A DNA stretch of 64,000 nt from Candidatus Aminicenantes bacterium UBA6228 (GCA_002441005.1 DJWO01000009.1:402226-466225), one strand, 5' to 3'. Positions 38,230 to 48,671 are shown, numbered from the stretch's first letter. A program made the numbers and translations. Notes: generated by a model from the letters alone, not told the origin.

Positions 38230-39006
38230 TTATTTTTTAAAAAAAATAAACTTTTTTCTGTCTTTATCTGGCCTGACCGGAGAACCCCAGTCGGGAATGA
38301 TTTCATTGTTAAGAATGGCCAGGGGAATATCATCGACCATGGCTTCGGCTTTTTCCCGGCCAACAAGAGCAGCTGCGGCTTTAACTGCCTGGCTCAAGAC
38401 GGGTTTCCTCTTTTTTGAATCATGAGCGTCTGTAGCTATAAACTGAACCAGGTTATTTTTTAAAAATAATTCGGCTCTTTTATAGACTGCTGCACCAAAT
38501 TGACCGGTCAGGCTCATGGCTGTTACCTGGGCCAAACAGCCGCGGCAGACCAGATCATACAAAAGTTCAGGCTGGCTACCGAAAACAGAATTCCTTTCCG
38601 GGTGGCTGATAACTGGCGTTAAGTCGGCCAGCATCATCCGGTAAAAAAGATCTTTAGTCCCAGTTGGTACCTGATCAGCAGGGAATTCAACAAAAACATA
38701 TTCGCTGCCATTCAGGCCAAGGTTTTCCCGCTTGATGTGTTTGATGATATCGGGACTAATAAAGACTTCAGCTCCACGGTAGAAGCTTATTCTTTTTTCC
38801 TCTTTATATCTTTCAGAAAATTCCTCAAACTTTGACCGCAAAACGTCTGGATTGTTCCCATGCCGGGAAAAGCGCAAATAGTGAGGCGTAAGACAGATGG
38901 CTTCAGTTCCGTCTTCGACCGCCAGAGCAATCATCTGGTCAACTTCTTCCCAGGAATTAGGACCATCGTCCCAGTCAGGCAACAGATGACAGTGCAGATC
39001 GATCAC
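38230..39006 (-). CDS. cpsB: PHP-family protein-tyrosine phosphatase of capsular polysaccharide biosynthesis (CpsB/YwqE type)
   Basis: N-terminal MIDLHCHLLPDWDDGP and downstream His/Asp metal ligands (HPERN, DAHD). Adjacent to the BY-kinase. Confidence 0.8.
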   Translation of the reverse strand: MIDLHCHLLPDWDDGPNSWEEVDQMIALAVEDGTEAICLTPHYLRFSRHGNNPDVLRSKFEEFSERYKEEKRISFYRGAEVFISPDIIKHIKRENLGLNGSEYVFVEFPADQVPTGTKDLFYRMMLADLTPVISHPERNSVFGSQPELLYDLVCRGCLAQVTAMSLTGQFGAAVYKRAELFLKNNLVQFIATDAHDSKKRKPVLSQAVKAAAALVGREKAEAMVDDIPLAILNNEIIPDWGSPVRPDKDRKKFIFFKK

Positions 39007-39009
39007 GCT

Positions 39010-41205
39010 TTAACCCCTGGATTCCTTATAGTAATGGCGATAATAATGCCGGCCATAATAGCCATGATTTTCCAGATTAAGGGAATTGACCACCACGCCT
39101 AAAGTCCGAAGTTTAAGCAGATCGATTAATTCTCTGGTCTGCACCAGGGCCTCGCGAGGGGTTGTCCCGGCCTGAACCACCAGCACCAGTCCATCAACCA
39201 ATTTGCCCAGAATCTGTGCATCAGTCACAGTCAGGATAGGAGGGGTATCAATCAAAACAAAATCAAATTGATCTTTTAACAAAGCCAGCAATTTCGACAT
39301 CCGGTCTGAGCCCAGGAGCTCGGCCGGATTGGGCGGAATCGGACCGGAATTAATTAAATAAAGCGAAGGGACCATCGTCGGCTTGATCAATTTTTGAACT
39401 GGCAGATCCAGGGCTAAATAGCTGGTCAGCCCTTCATGATTCTTCATTTTAAAAATCTGGTGCTGCTTTGGCCGTCTGAGATCAGCATCTATAAGGAGAA
39501 TCTTTTTGCCGGTCTGGGCCAGGCTAACTGCCAGATTGGAAATGGTGGCCGACTTGCCTTCTTCCGGCAGCGGGCTGGTAACCATAATAGTTTTAAGACT
39601 ACCCTGAGGACTTGACAAAAGAAGGGCCGTCCGGAGAGAACGGTAGTTTTCAGCAAAAGCCGACTCCGGAGCGAAATGAACAATTAGCTCAATATTCTTT
39701 GGCTTCCCGGAGTCTTCTTTTCCCCCTTTTCCTTTTTCTTCACCCTTTTTCTGCCCGTAGCTGTAATAGTAGCCATAAGCCCGGTTGGAATCATCTCCAA
39801 AAACTGGAACAACCCCGAGAGTAGGCAGGCCGGTATAGCGGCCAACTTCTTCGGCGCTCTTAACCGTGTTATCCAGGTATTCCATGACAAAAGCCAGGCC
39901 CGCCCCGCCGAAAAGCCCTAAGAAAAGAGCCAGGAGAAGGTTCCTCAGCTTTTTCGGGCTGGAAGGGTTGATGGGCAGGTCAGCCCGGTCAATCACTCTT
40001 ATGTTAGATGTTCTCAAGCCTCTCAGCCTGGCCGAAACGCCCGTTTCGCTCTGCCTTTTTAACAGTGATTCAAGCAGGCTCTTCTTGTTTTCAATTTCAA
40101 TTTTCAGGCCGTTGTAAAGAATAGCATTGGAATTGAGGCGGAAAGCCTCATCTTTCTGGCGCTCAAACAGGTCTTTGAGGGAATTCTCTTTTTTGAGAGC
40201 AGCTTGATATTCAGAGTAAGCTGCTTTGACCAGCCCCCCGGTTTCGTTTTTGAGTAAATCCCGGGCAGTGTCCAGCTCGGCTTTGAGCCTTTGCATTTCT
40301 GGATAATCAGGCTGGAATTGCTCCTGCATCTTGGCATATTCGCGGCTGAGCTTTAGATAGTCTTCTCTCAGGCGCTGGATTAAAGGATTATTCATGGCTT
40401 CCGGGATATAATCCGGATTGGCATTTTTGATTTCGTTATAGTAGGCTTCTTTGCGGACCCGGTCAATCTGGGCTTCGGTCAGAGCTTTATTGACCTCACC
40501 CAGTTTGTCGAGCATCGTTGTCTCTTTATCGCTCAGGATGACAATATCTTTTTCCCGACCGTAATTCTGCAATTCCTGCTCTTTCTGACTTATTTCTTTT
40601 TTCAGACCATCTATTTGCTGGCTCAAAAATTCAGTTGCTTGTTCCGTCGCTTCATATTTTGTCTCGATATTCATATCAACAAAGCTATCAAAAAGGGCGT
40701 TAACTGAGTCAGCGGCCAACTGGGGATCATGGGCTTTGAAATCCACTTCTATCAGCCTGGTCATCCTGACCGGTTTAACCTCCAGCCGGCTAAGAAATTT
40801 ATCTATCAGCTTCCGCCGGAAAACAGGATCATTCCAGTCATCGGCTGTAGCTGGCTGCCGCCCGGAAAATTCAGAAGTTCCCCAGAGCTTCAGCCTTTCA
40901 ATCGTTCTTTCCGCCAGGCTGCGGCTTTGCAACAGCTTATACTGGGTTTGATAATAATCATCCCGGAAAGTTTCAACTTGAAAAATCTCTTCGAAACTCA
41001 GGATATTTGGTTCTTTTTCGATCATAACCGTTCCCTGAGCAGTGTAAACCGGCCTCATGGTGAAAGAAACCAGAAAAGTAATAACCAGGGCGATGACTGT
41101 GACTGAAATGATTATCCAGCGCTGGCGGATAATGATGTCGATATATTTTCTTAAATCAATTTCCCCGCCTTCGGCTGGTTCGATCTCGACATTATTTTCA
41201 TTCAT
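39010..41205 (-). CDS. wzc: Wzc-type polysaccharide co-polymerase fused to a BY tyrosine kinase
   Basis: Wzz-like periplasmic coiled-coil domain between two TM helices. C-terminal Walker A (SPLPEEGKSATISNLAV) and Walker A' and B (ILLIDADLRRP, VLIDTPP), plus a Tyr-rich tail (YYGRHYYRHYY). Confidence 0.8.
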   Translation of the reverse strand: MNENNVEIEPAEGGEIDLRKYIDIIIRQRWIIISVTVIALVITFLVSFTMRPVYTAQGTVMIEKEPNILSFEEIFQVETFRDDYYQTQYKLLQSRSLAERTIERLKLWGTSEFSGRQPATADDWNDPVFRRKLIDKFLSRLEVKPVRMTRLIEVDFKAHDPQLAADSVNALFDSFVDMNIETKYEATEQATEFLSQQIDGLKKEISQKEQELQNYGREKDIVILSDKETTMLDKLGEVNKALTEAQIDRVRKEAYYNEIKNANPDYIPEAMNNPLIQRLREDYLKLSREYAKMQEQFQPDYPEMQRLKAELDTARDLLKNETGGLVKAAYSEYQAALKKENSLKDLFERQKDEAFRLNSNAILYNGLKIEIENKKSLLESLLKRQSETGVSARLRGLRTSNIRVIDRADLPINPSSPKKLRNLLLALFLGLFGGAGLAFVMEYLDNTVKSAEEVGRYTGLPTLGVVPVFGDDSNRAYGYYYSYGQKKGEEKGKGGKEDSGKPKNIELIVHFAPESAFAENYRSLRTALLLSSPQGSLKTIMVTSPLPEEGKSATISNLAVSLAQTGKKILLIDADLRRPKQHQIFKMKNHEGLTSYLALDLPVQKLIKPTMVPSLYLINSGPIPPNPAELLGSDRMSKLLALLKDQFDFVLIDTPPILTVTDAQILGKLVDGLVLVVQAGTTPREALVQTRELIDLLKLRTLGVVVNSLNLENHGYYGRHYYRHYYKESRG

Positions 41206-41239
41206 CTCACGCCTCTTTTCCCCGTCTTTGTTTTCCGGC

Positions 41240-42169
41240 CTAAAAAATACTCTGTTTGACTATGACCACGTCTCCTTCCTGAAGGGGAATATCTTTCTTC
41301 TTGCCTTTTATAATATCATTTAAATTAACACTCAAATTAATTTCCTTGCCGCTCTTATCCCTTCTCTTGATAGTCACTCCTCTTTTGGTAGCATTTTCGC
41401 TCAGCCCGCCGGCCTGGGCGATAGCCTGGAGTAAAGTAATCTTATTCGACATTTTCACCTGCAGGGCTCCTGGCTGCCTGACCTCGCCAAAAACATAGAC
41501 ATTAATCAACTTATCGACTGGAACATTAATCACATCATTGGCCTGAATAGGAATGTTCAGATTCTGATTGCCGTTAATCATCAGATCCTCAAGATCAATG
41601 CTGATCGAAGCTGTTGTACCGTCCTGCCCCTCGCGCAGCACATAAATCTCATTAGCGGCCGTATCATTAAAACCGCCTGCCTGTGAAATCATCTGCAATA
41701 ACGTTTGCCGGCCGACCAGTTCGTACATCCCAGGCTTTTCGACTGCGCCGATTATGGCCACCAGGCTGCTTTGATATTCTTTAATAAAAATTGAGACCTG
41801 AGCTTTTTTGACGTATTTTTCCAGTAGCTCTGATAGCCTTTCCTCAGCCTTATCCTTGGTCAATCCGCCTATTTGAATATTGCCAATAAGCGGCAGGGTA
41901 ATCGAACCGTCTTCAGACACTCTGACCGTATGATCAAATTCCGGTAATTCAAAAACTTTAATTTCCAGGAGATCCCTTGGCCCGATTATATATTCTCTGA
42001 TGAAATAATCCCGCCCGTTAACCTGATTCTCTTCCTGGCCGCGGCTGAGGGGCACAGCCTGTTGCGAGCCAGAAGGTCTGACTCCAATAATCAGAATCAA
42101 AAAAACAAAAAGAATCAGGGCAGCCTGTTTCTCTTTTCCCATGTCTTCTCCATTTACCAGGCCATACAA
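41240..42169 (-). CDS. wza: Wza-like polysaccharide export protein (Poly_export plus SLBB domains)
   Basis: Signal peptide, YIIGPRDLLEIKVFELPEF (Poly_export motif), and tandem SLBB-like repeats. Confidence 0.7.
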   Translation of the reverse strand: MYGLVNGEDMGKEKQAALILFVFLILIIGVRPSGSQQAVPLSRGQEENQVNGRDYFIREYIIGPRDLLEIKVFELPEFDHTVRVSEDGSITLPLIGNIQIGGLTKDKAEERLSELLEKYVKKAQVSIFIKEYQSSLVAIIGAVEKPGMYELVGRQTLLQMISQAGGFNDTAANEIYVLREGQDGTTASISIDLEDLMINGNQNLNIPIQANDVINVPVDKLINVYVFGEVRQPGALQVKMSNKITLLQAIAQAGGLSENATKRGVTIKRRDKSGKEINLSVNLNDIIKGKKKDIPLQEGDVVIVKQSIF

Positions 42170-42186
42170 ATATTTATCTATTTATC

Positions 42187-43425
42187 TTAAAAATCATAGG
42201 TCACATTAAGTCCGATAAATTTTCTGTTCGCATCCCAGTTAAGAACATTAATTTCTCTCTTCCAGTTGCCAGCGGTTATTCCAATCCCGGCTGTTTTACT
42301 TATTCTATAATAAATGGCCACTGAATTTAAAGTATAATTATCACGGCGGGGCGAACTGCCTGGAGTTTCCCCCAGAGGGTAGTCATTTTTTGTCTGGCTA
42401 TAAGTATAATCCAGGCGAATTTTCTTTCTGAAAATATAAAAAGACGGCCCGGCCGACCAGTTTGTCTCAATATAGTAAGCGCTATAGGACCAGACAGAAA
42501 AATTTATATCCCGCTGATAGTTGCCGCGAAGAACGAGCGGCCTCATAATTTGCCAGCTAACTGAAGTATCTCCTACCAGGCCCTGGTAATCTGGCAGTTC
42601 CGGATCGAGGGTATCAAACCATTTATGACCAAGCCTGATCTGGCCATGAAGGCGGCCGGTCGGAGAAAACTGGAAGCCGGAGTAAATTGTCTGACTGTTT
42701 GAATCCCCAGGGTTAAGAGGATCTTTAAAATCATATGAGCCCTTCTGCCCTTCGATAAAAAACTGAATTCTGGGGTTAAGCCGGTAATAAATCCGGCCGC
42801 TTAAATAATCCTCATAATGGCTTAAACGTTGATTAATATTGACCGAATCATATTCCAGGCTTTCGTAGGTATAATCAATAGTTCTGGCCGTAAATTCAAA
42901 AGACAGCCGGTATGATTTCTGATAAAGAAAAGAAACAAAACCGCTTTTTTCTTTCCGGCGGGGGCGGATATCTAACTCCGTACTCCAGCGTTCCCGGGCA
43001 TTATTCAGGCTTCCGCCAACTGTCAGTAAAAAACGGCTAAAGCTTAGGGAAACATCCCCGTTGAGATAATTATTCCAGGTCCTTTCCCTTTTAGTCTTTG
43101 AGAAAAAAACGTATTGTGGAGATTCAAAAACGTGAACTATTATTCTTCTTCTGGCTACGAGGTAAACATCGGCGGCCGGTCCGGCCGTAAGCCAGAAGTC
43201 AGAGGTGGCTTCAGGCTGATAGTAAATATTCGAATCATAGCCTGCATCCTTAATCAGAATGGCCGGCTGCAATTTTAAAGGTCCAAATTGCCAGGCAGCT
43301 TTCTCGGCCGCCAGGCGCAGCTCCCTGGCTTTCCAGGTCTCAGCTCCAGCCCCAGTCCACAGGGTCAAACTCAAACTGAGGAGCAAAAATATTTGACTGG
43401 CCTGCCGTCCTATTTTCCCTTTCAA
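42187..43425 (-). CDS. Outer-membrane beta-barrel protein (C-terminal ...YDF), co-located with wza/wzc
   Basis: Signal peptide, alternating amphipathic beta-strand pattern, and an aromatic C-terminal residue. Confidence 0.5.
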   Translation of the reverse strand: MKGKIGRQASQIFLLLSLSLTLWTGAGAETWKARELRLAAEKAAWQFGPLKLQPAILIKDAGYDSNIYYQPEATSDFWLTAGPAADVYLVARRRIIVHVFESPQYVFFSKTKRERTWNNYLNGDVSLSFSRFLLTVGGSLNNARERWSTELDIRPRRKEKSGFVSFLYQKSYRLSFEFTARTIDYTYESLEYDSVNINQRLSHYEDYLSGRIYYRLNPRIQFFIEGQKGSYDFKDPLNPGDSNSQTIYSGFQFSPTGRLHGQIRLGHKWFDTLDPELPDYQGLVGDTSVSWQIMRPLVLRGNYQRDINFSVWSYSAYYIETNWSAGPSFYIFRKKIRLDYTYSQTKNDYPLGETPGSSPRRDNYTLNSVAIYYRISKTAGIGITAGNWKREINVLNWDANRKFIGLNVTYDF

Positions 43426-43526
43426 CTTTCTTCATCCCATAATAATTCATTTACTTTTTAACATAATCTGGAGGCAGCTGGCAACTGGCTAATCTTTCTT
43501 TCTGGCCAAATTCTTCGACCTCTGCC

Positions 43527-45749
43527 TTGTTTTTGACCAAAAGGCAATTGTATATTAATCAACAGATGATTAGTGATAAGTCCAATAACCGGCCAGTTTC
43601 TGGCTGGCTGACCGTTTTAGTTATTTTTATGCTTTTCTCTGCTTTTTTTCCACTTGAGCTAAAAGCTGTTCTAAGCCAGCAGTCCGCATCGGGCTCAGAT
43701 GAATCATTTCGCCTCCTGGCCACCTACCAGGAAAAGAAGGGGGACATGATTCTGGCTTCAGGCCAGGTAGAGCTCCATTTCGAGGATTTGACCCTGCTTT
43801 GTGACCGGCTGCAACTGAACACAGCTACCTACGACCTCCAGGCCGAAGGCCAGGTTTGCCTTCAGCTCCCGTCAGAGGTGGTCAACTGCCAGCGGCTGAC
43901 CTACAATCTGAAGACACGGGAGGCACAACTTGAAGACGTCCAGGCGATTTCCCGACCCAGTCTTTTATTTGGCGCTAAAGAAATCAGTCAGAACTCAACT
44001 GATATAATGAAGGTAAAAGAGGCCTGGTTGACCAGTTGCACCCAGCCCGTTCCCCGCTGGTCATTTAGTTTTAAACAGGCCGAGATCAAAACCGATGATT
44101 ATGTCTCTATGTCCCGAGCGGTTTTTTCTATCAAAAAGGTTCCTGTTTTTTACCTGCCTTACCTGAAATATCCGCTGAAAGAAAGAGCCACCGGTTTTCT
44201 CTTTCCAGAGATAGGCTACAATCAGGTCAAAGGTCTGGCCATCAGTCAAAGTTTTTATTGGGCCATAGCCAGAAACAGTGAAGCCACTCTGACGGCTGAC
44301 TATTATTCCAGTCAAGGGGCAGGAACAGGAATTGCTTACCGCTATCTTTTAAGAGGAAAAACTAAAGGAGAGGCCAGCGCCTATGTCTTTTTCTTCAAAA
44401 GGCAGCCTGATTCGGTTCAGCCTGACCCGGGTTATCTAATCCGCTGGAGCCACCAGCAGCTCCTGCCAGGCAGTTTCCAGTTTAACGGGCAGGTTGATTA
44501 TTCGAGTTCTTTTGATTTTTTAAGGGAATATGAGAATAATTTCAGCCTGTCCACCAGCAATAACCGTTCCTACCAGTTTAACCTGACCAGAAACTGGTCT
44601 TATTTTAGCCTGAACCTCCGGACTTCCCGCTTTGAAACTTATTTTCCGGCCACAGGTCAGAAGGTAATCTCCAATTATTTCCCGCAAATTAATTTCAACC
44701 TCCTGAAATACCGGCTTTTCTCCTCCTTCTACCTTTCCTGGGAATCTGGCCTGACCAACTGGCACTATTCTTATCAAAACGAAAATCAGCCAGCTACCAG
44801 TCTCGCTCTCGGTCAGGCCTTTTTCAGGCCGGCTTTAAGCCTGCCTTTTTCTCCAGCTCCTTTTTTGAATCTTTCTTTTTTCACCACGGGCCTCTTCAGC
44901 TATTATTTCCAGAGTTATGCACCCGGGACGACTATCAGAGAGAATAAGCCGCTTCTGACTGCCCAGGCCAGACTGGGCTTCAATCTGGAAGGGCCAATTT
45001 TCTATCGGATTTTTTTCCGGGGCGGGGAACCATATCTAAAGCATCTTATTGTCCCTTTCTGCTCTTACACTTTTGAAAGCCTGCTCAGCCAGGGCGTTTC
45101 TTCCCGGATTATAAGCCCCCTCGGTTTCTACCGTGACGATGATTTGAAATACGGTTTTACTCAACACCTTCTGATTAAAGACGGTGAAACCAGCCGGGAA
45201 ATGGTAACTTTCGGTTTGTCTCAGGTTTATTATTTTGACCCGGCTACCAGCCGGATAAGATTTTATTACCCGCAGAATCCAGACAGGCATCTGGCCCCGC
45301 TTAACGGCTTTTTACGTTTTTATCTTCAGACCAGATTAAGCCTCGACCTTAGCGCCGATTATAATACGTATGAAAACAATTTTTTGAGCTTCAGATTAAG
45401 TGCCAATTACGGCGCCCCGTCAGATAATTTCTTTCTCGGGTTGAACTGGTCGAAGAGTTATCAGATCCTGGCCGCCGACAGCTTTTTCCGGAGTAATCAG
45501 ATCGGCCTCCGGGCCAGTCTCCGCCTGCCGGCCAGGCTGGATGTCAAGGGCCAGATAGAATACGATCTCCAGCTAAAAAAAGTTATTTATACCGGTCTAT
45601 CCTGTACCTACCATTATCAATGTCTGGACTTCAGTCTTGACCTTAGAATCTTCAATTACCGGCTCAGGCCAGAAACCCAGTTCAGGTTTTCGGTCGGACT
45701 GGGAAATATCAGCCGCAGCTCTGATTTCCTGGGAGGTTTTGCTTTCTAA
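43527..45749 (+). CDS. lptD: LPS-assembly protein LptD (OstA family)
   Basis: OstA-like N-domain plus a large C-terminal beta-barrel ending GGFAF; 740 aa. Start may be the internal ATG (MISDKS...) at ~43566. Confidence 0.6.
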   Translation: MFLTKRQLYINQQMISDKSNNRPVSGWLTVLVIFMLFSAFFPLELKAVLSQQSASGSDESFRLLATYQEKKGDMILASGQVELHFEDLTLLCDRLQLNTATYDLQAEGQVCLQLPSEVVNCQRLTYNLKTREAQLEDVQAISRPSLLFGAKEISQNSTDIMKVKEAWLTSCTQPVPRWSFSFKQAEIKTDDYVSMSRAVFSIKKVPVFYLPYLKYPLKERATGFLFPEIGYNQVKGLAISQSFYWAIARNSEATLTADYYSSQGAGTGIAYRYLLRGKTKGEASAYVFFFKRQPDSVQPDPGYLIRWSHQQLLPGSFQFNGQVDYSSSFDFLREYENNFSLSTSNNRSYQFNLTRNWSYFSLNLRTSRFETYFPATGQKVISNYFPQINFNLLKYRLFSSFYLSWESGLTNWHYSYQNENQPATSLALGQAFFRPALSLPFSPAPFLNLSFFTTGLFSYYFQSYAPGTTIRENKPLLTAQARLGFNLEGPIFYRIFFRGGEPYLKHLIVPFCSYTFESLLSQGVSSRIISPLGFYRDDDLKYGFTQHLLIKDGETSREMVTFGLSQVYYFDPATSRIRFYYPQNPDRHLAPLNGFLRFYLQTRLSLDLSADYNTYENNFLSFRLSANYGAPSDNFFLGLNWSKSYQILAADSFFRSNQIGLRASLRLPARLDVKGQIEYDLQLKKVIYTGLSCTYHYQCLDFSLDLRIFNYRLRPETQFRFSVGLGNISRSSDFLGGFAF

Positions 45750-45830
45750 TTCCCTGACCCAGACTGATTGGCTGCCTGGCCAGCAGCCTGGATAACCGGG
45801 GCTGCCGCCGGCCATTGCTAAATATTTTTC

Positions 45831-45859
45831 CTCCTTTAATTTGACAGCCGGAGCCAAAA
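45831..45859 (+). promoter_or_regulatory. Sigma-70-like promoter TTGACA-N17-TATAAA upstream of the epimerase gene
   Basis: Consensus hexamers read directly (45831-45836 and 45854-45859). Confidence 0.4.
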
Positions 45860-45919
45860 AGGCTATAAAAATCTTAACAATAAGCAGCCGGATAAGCTGA
45901 TATTTGTTTGGGAGCAAAG

Positions 45920-46876
45920 ATGAGAATTTTAGTTACAGGTGTTTCAGGTTTTATTGGCAGTCACTTAGCAGAATATATCAATTCAAATTTGAAGCAGAAT
46001 GAACTCTATGGTTTAATCCGGCCAAGGTCCTCACTGGCCAACCTTCAAAAACTTTCAGGGCAGGTCAAATTTTATACCGGGGATCTAATGGAATTCCACT
46101 CGCTACTGGCTCCCCTGGACGAAATCAGGCCGGATCTTGTCTTTCACCTGGCCGGGCAGGGCGCCCCCTCTTTTTCCTGGAGCCTGCCAGCCAGCATCAT
46201 GGAAGTTAACCTCGTCGGTACAATCAATTTGCTCGAAGCTCTGAGAGAGCTTCGTCTTAATCCCAGAGTCATCATAGCCGGAGCAGGTGAAGCTTACGGA
46301 CTGGCCTTCGCTGATGAACTGCCCATGAAAGAAAGCTCCCATTTCCGGCCGCTTAATCCCTTCGGGGTAAGTAAAGCCGCTCAGGATATGCTGGGCTTCC
46401 AGTATTTCAAGAGTTATAACTTAAAAATAATCAGGGCCCGCCTCTTCAGCACCGTTGGCCCCAGACAGCCCGAGTATTATTTTATCTCCAGCCTGGCCAA
46501 ACAAATCGCTGAGATTGAAAAAAAGAAAAAGGATCCAATTCTTTATGCCGGCAATCTGGAAAACAAAAGAGATTACACTGACGTCAGAGACCTGGTCCGG
46601 GCTCTCTGGCTGGTGGCCGAAAAGGGAGAAGACGGAGAAGCTTATAATCTTGGTTCGGGACAGGCCTGGTTCGGTCAGGAGATACTGAAAACTATATTAA
46701 GCATGACCAGAGCCAAGATTCTGGTTGAAACTGAAGAGAAACGTTTCCGGCCGGCTGATCCGCCGATTCTCCTGGCCGACATCAACCGCCTGGTCAAACT
46801 GACTGCCTGGAAACCGCAAATCAATCTGAAGCAATCTCTGCTGGATATTTTAAATTACTGGCGGGATGAAATTTAA
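45920..46876 (+). CDS. NAD-dependent nucleotide-sugar epimerase/dehydratase (SDR family)
   Basis: Rossmann motif ILVTGVSGFIGSHL and catalytic YxxxK (PFGVSKAAQDML). Start set to ATG 45920. Confidence 0.75.
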   Translation: MRILVTGVSGFIGSHLAEYINSNLKQNELYGLIRPRSSLANLQKLSGQVKFYTGDLMEFHSLLAPLDEIRPDLVFHLAGQGAPSFSWSLPASIMEVNLVGTINLLEALRELRLNPRVIIAGAGEAYGLAFADELPMKESSHFRPLNPFGVSKAAQDMLGFQYFKSYNLKIIRARLFSTVGPRQPEYYFISSLAKQIAEIEKKKKDPILYAGNLENKRDYTDVRDLVRALWLVAEKGEDGEAYNLGSGQAWFGQEILKTILSMTRAKILVETEEKRFRPADPPILLADINRLVKLTAWKPQINLKQSLLDILNYWRDEI

Positions 46877-46906
46877 TAGTCTTTCCGGCCAGTCGCTGCC
46901 GGATAT

Positions 46907-48388
46907 TTATTTAGTCTTTTTTATGTCCAGCTCCAGCTGGTTTTCCTGAATGAGTCTTCTTTCATCTTCTATAGCTTTAAGAAGTTCAGGTGTCACATCT
47001 CCGGTTGGATATTGGCCGTCAAAACAGGCCGCGCAGAAATATCTCAATTTTGGATTTTCCATTCTGATGGCTTTTTTCAGATTGGCCAGGGTCTGGTAAA
47101 TAACCTCATCGGCACCGATGCGGCGGGCCACCAGTTTTTCATCGGCATCCCTGGCTACAAACTCGGTCTTGGTCTGCATGTCTATACCATAAACACAGGG
47201 ATAACGGAGAGGAGGCGAGTAAGAAGCAAAATAAACTTTTTCTGCTCCACATTCTCTGATCATTTCCACAATCGCCCGGGAGGTGTTCCCTCTAACAATA
47301 CTGTCATCAACCAGCAGAACTTTCTTGCCTTCAATTTCCGAGCAGATGGGATTCAGCTTCTGCCGGACAGAACTCTGTCTTTTGGCCTCGGCCGGCATGA
47401 TAAAAGTCCGGCCGATATAACGGTTTTTAACCAGGGCTTCACTGTATTTGAGCTTGAGCCGCCGGGCAATTTCAATGGCTGCATCCCTGGCTGAATCAGG
47501 AACCGGCACCACCACGTCAATGTCTAAATCTTTCTTTTTAATCTCGCCGGCCAGCAGACGCCCGAGATTAACCCGGCTTTTATAGACATTTACCCCGTCA
47601 ATAACCGAATCGGGCCGGGCAAAATAAACCCACTCGAAAAGACAGGGAGTATGTTTTCTCTTAATTATTCGCCGGCGATGAAGCTGCCGGTTGCGATCAA
47701 TAAAAATGGCTTCGCCGGCTTCAATATGTTCGATATCGTCAAAACCCATCAGGTTAAGGCTGACCGTTTCAGAGGCAAAGGCATAAGAAGGCAGCAGGCC
47801 GTCTTTCCGCCGGCCAAAGCTCAAAGGCTTAATACCATAAGGGTCGCGAAAGGCGACCAGACCCTGTTCGGCAATATAGGCCACCGTCGCATAACTGCCT
47901 CTAACCCGCCGGTAAACCCCGGCTACCGCTTTAAAAATGTTTTCAGGCGTAATGACTTTGATGCGCTGCTCTTCCAGTTCCTGGGCAAAAATATTAAGAA
48001 TAACCTCAGCATCGCATTCAGAATTAAGCAAGCGCTGATGCTTTTCGAACAGTTCTTTTTTCAGCCGCCGGTAATTGACCACATTGCCATTATGAGCCAG
48101 GACAATACCGAAGGGGGAATTAAGCATAAAAGGCTGGGCATCTTCCTGGCCGCCACCGCCAACTGTCGGATAACGGGTATGCCCGATGCCAATATGGCCT
48201 TTTAGCTGGGCTGCCTCTTCCTGGCCAAAAATGTCCATAACCAGGCCGCCGCCCTTTTTCTCATGAAATTTGCCGTCATAAGTGATAATGCCGGCCGCAT
48301 CCTGGCCGCGGTGCTGAATAGACAGCAATCCCTGATAAAGGTCATGGAAAACTTCGTCATTAGCCCAGATACCGATTACACCGCACAT
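46907..48388 (-). CDS. purF: Amidophosphoribosyltransferase
   Basis: N-terminal nucleophile MCGVIGIW, a glutamine amidotransferase class II domain, and a PRTase domain (VLLVDDSIVRGNT); 493 aa. Confidence 0.9.
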   Translation of the reverse strand: MCGVIGIWANDEVFHDLYQGLLSIQHRGQDAAGIITYDGKFHEKKGGGLVMDIFGQEEAAQLKGHIGIGHTRYPTVGGGGQEDAQPFMLNSPFGIVLAHNGNVVNYRRLKKELFEKHQRLLNSECDAEVILNIFAQELEEQRIKVITPENIFKAVAGVYRRVRGSYATVAYIAEQGLVAFRDPYGIKPLSFGRRKDGLLPSYAFASETVSLNLMGFDDIEHIEAGEAIFIDRNRQLHRRRIIKRKHTPCLFEWVYFARPDSVIDGVNVYKSRVNLGRLLAGEIKKKDLDIDVVVPVPDSARDAAIEIARRLKLKYSEALVKNRYIGRTFIMPAEAKRQSSVRQKLNPICSEIEGKKVLLVDDSIVRGNTSRAIVEMIRECGAEKVYFASYSPPLRYPCVYGIDMQTKTEFVARDADEKLVARRIGADEVIYQTLANLKKAIRMENPKLRYFCAACFDGQYPTGDVTPELLKAIEDERRLIQENQLELDIKKTK

Positions 48389-48416
48389 CTGCCGATATTC
48401 CTCTTTTAAGTTAGTT

Positions 48417-48425
48417 ATTATAGCA
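48417..48425 (-). promoter_or_regulatory. Extended -10 element (TGcTATAAT) of the purF promoter
   Basis: Minus-strand TGCTATAAT lies ~30 nt upstream of the purF ATG, followed by the SD AAGAGGA. Confidence 0.4.
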
Positions 48426-48540
48426 AATAGCCGGCTTTTTTTAAATGAAACCAGTTTTGACCGGCCAGAAAAAAAGCCCGGGAACCTATCGGAAAAAGCC
48501 GGCCCCGGCTACTTCTCTTAAAGTCCACGAGGCAGAATAA

Positions 48541-48579
48541 TTAACCCAGAATTAACATTTCTTTCACTCTTTCTTTACT
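48541..48579 (+). promoter_or_regulatory. Pho box: four direct repeats TTAACC/TTAACA/TTCACT/TTTACT at exact 11-bp phasing, overlapping the -35 region of the porin-pst promoter (-10 TATACT at 48590-48595)
   Basis: Repeats read directly at 48541, 48552, 48563 and 48574. They match the TT(A/T/C)ACA PhoP/PhoB-type repeat. The Pi-uptake genes lie downstream. Confidence 0.55.
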
Positions 48580-48671
48580 TTCGCCTCTTATACTTCTCAT
48601 CTGAAAAAGCCCGAGACCTGGCCAGGCGCCGGTCAAAGTCCGGGCTAAAAATTCATCGATCAGGAGGAAAA

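Noticed and set aside
48421-48520. GC-rich palindromes (AGCCGGCT, CCCGGG, AGCCGGGGCCGGCT) followed by T-runs in the purF/porin divergent spacer, considered as bidirectional terminators
   Set aside because: The palindromes have 0-2-nt loops and cannot form stable hairpins. They are more likely compositional features of the promoter region.
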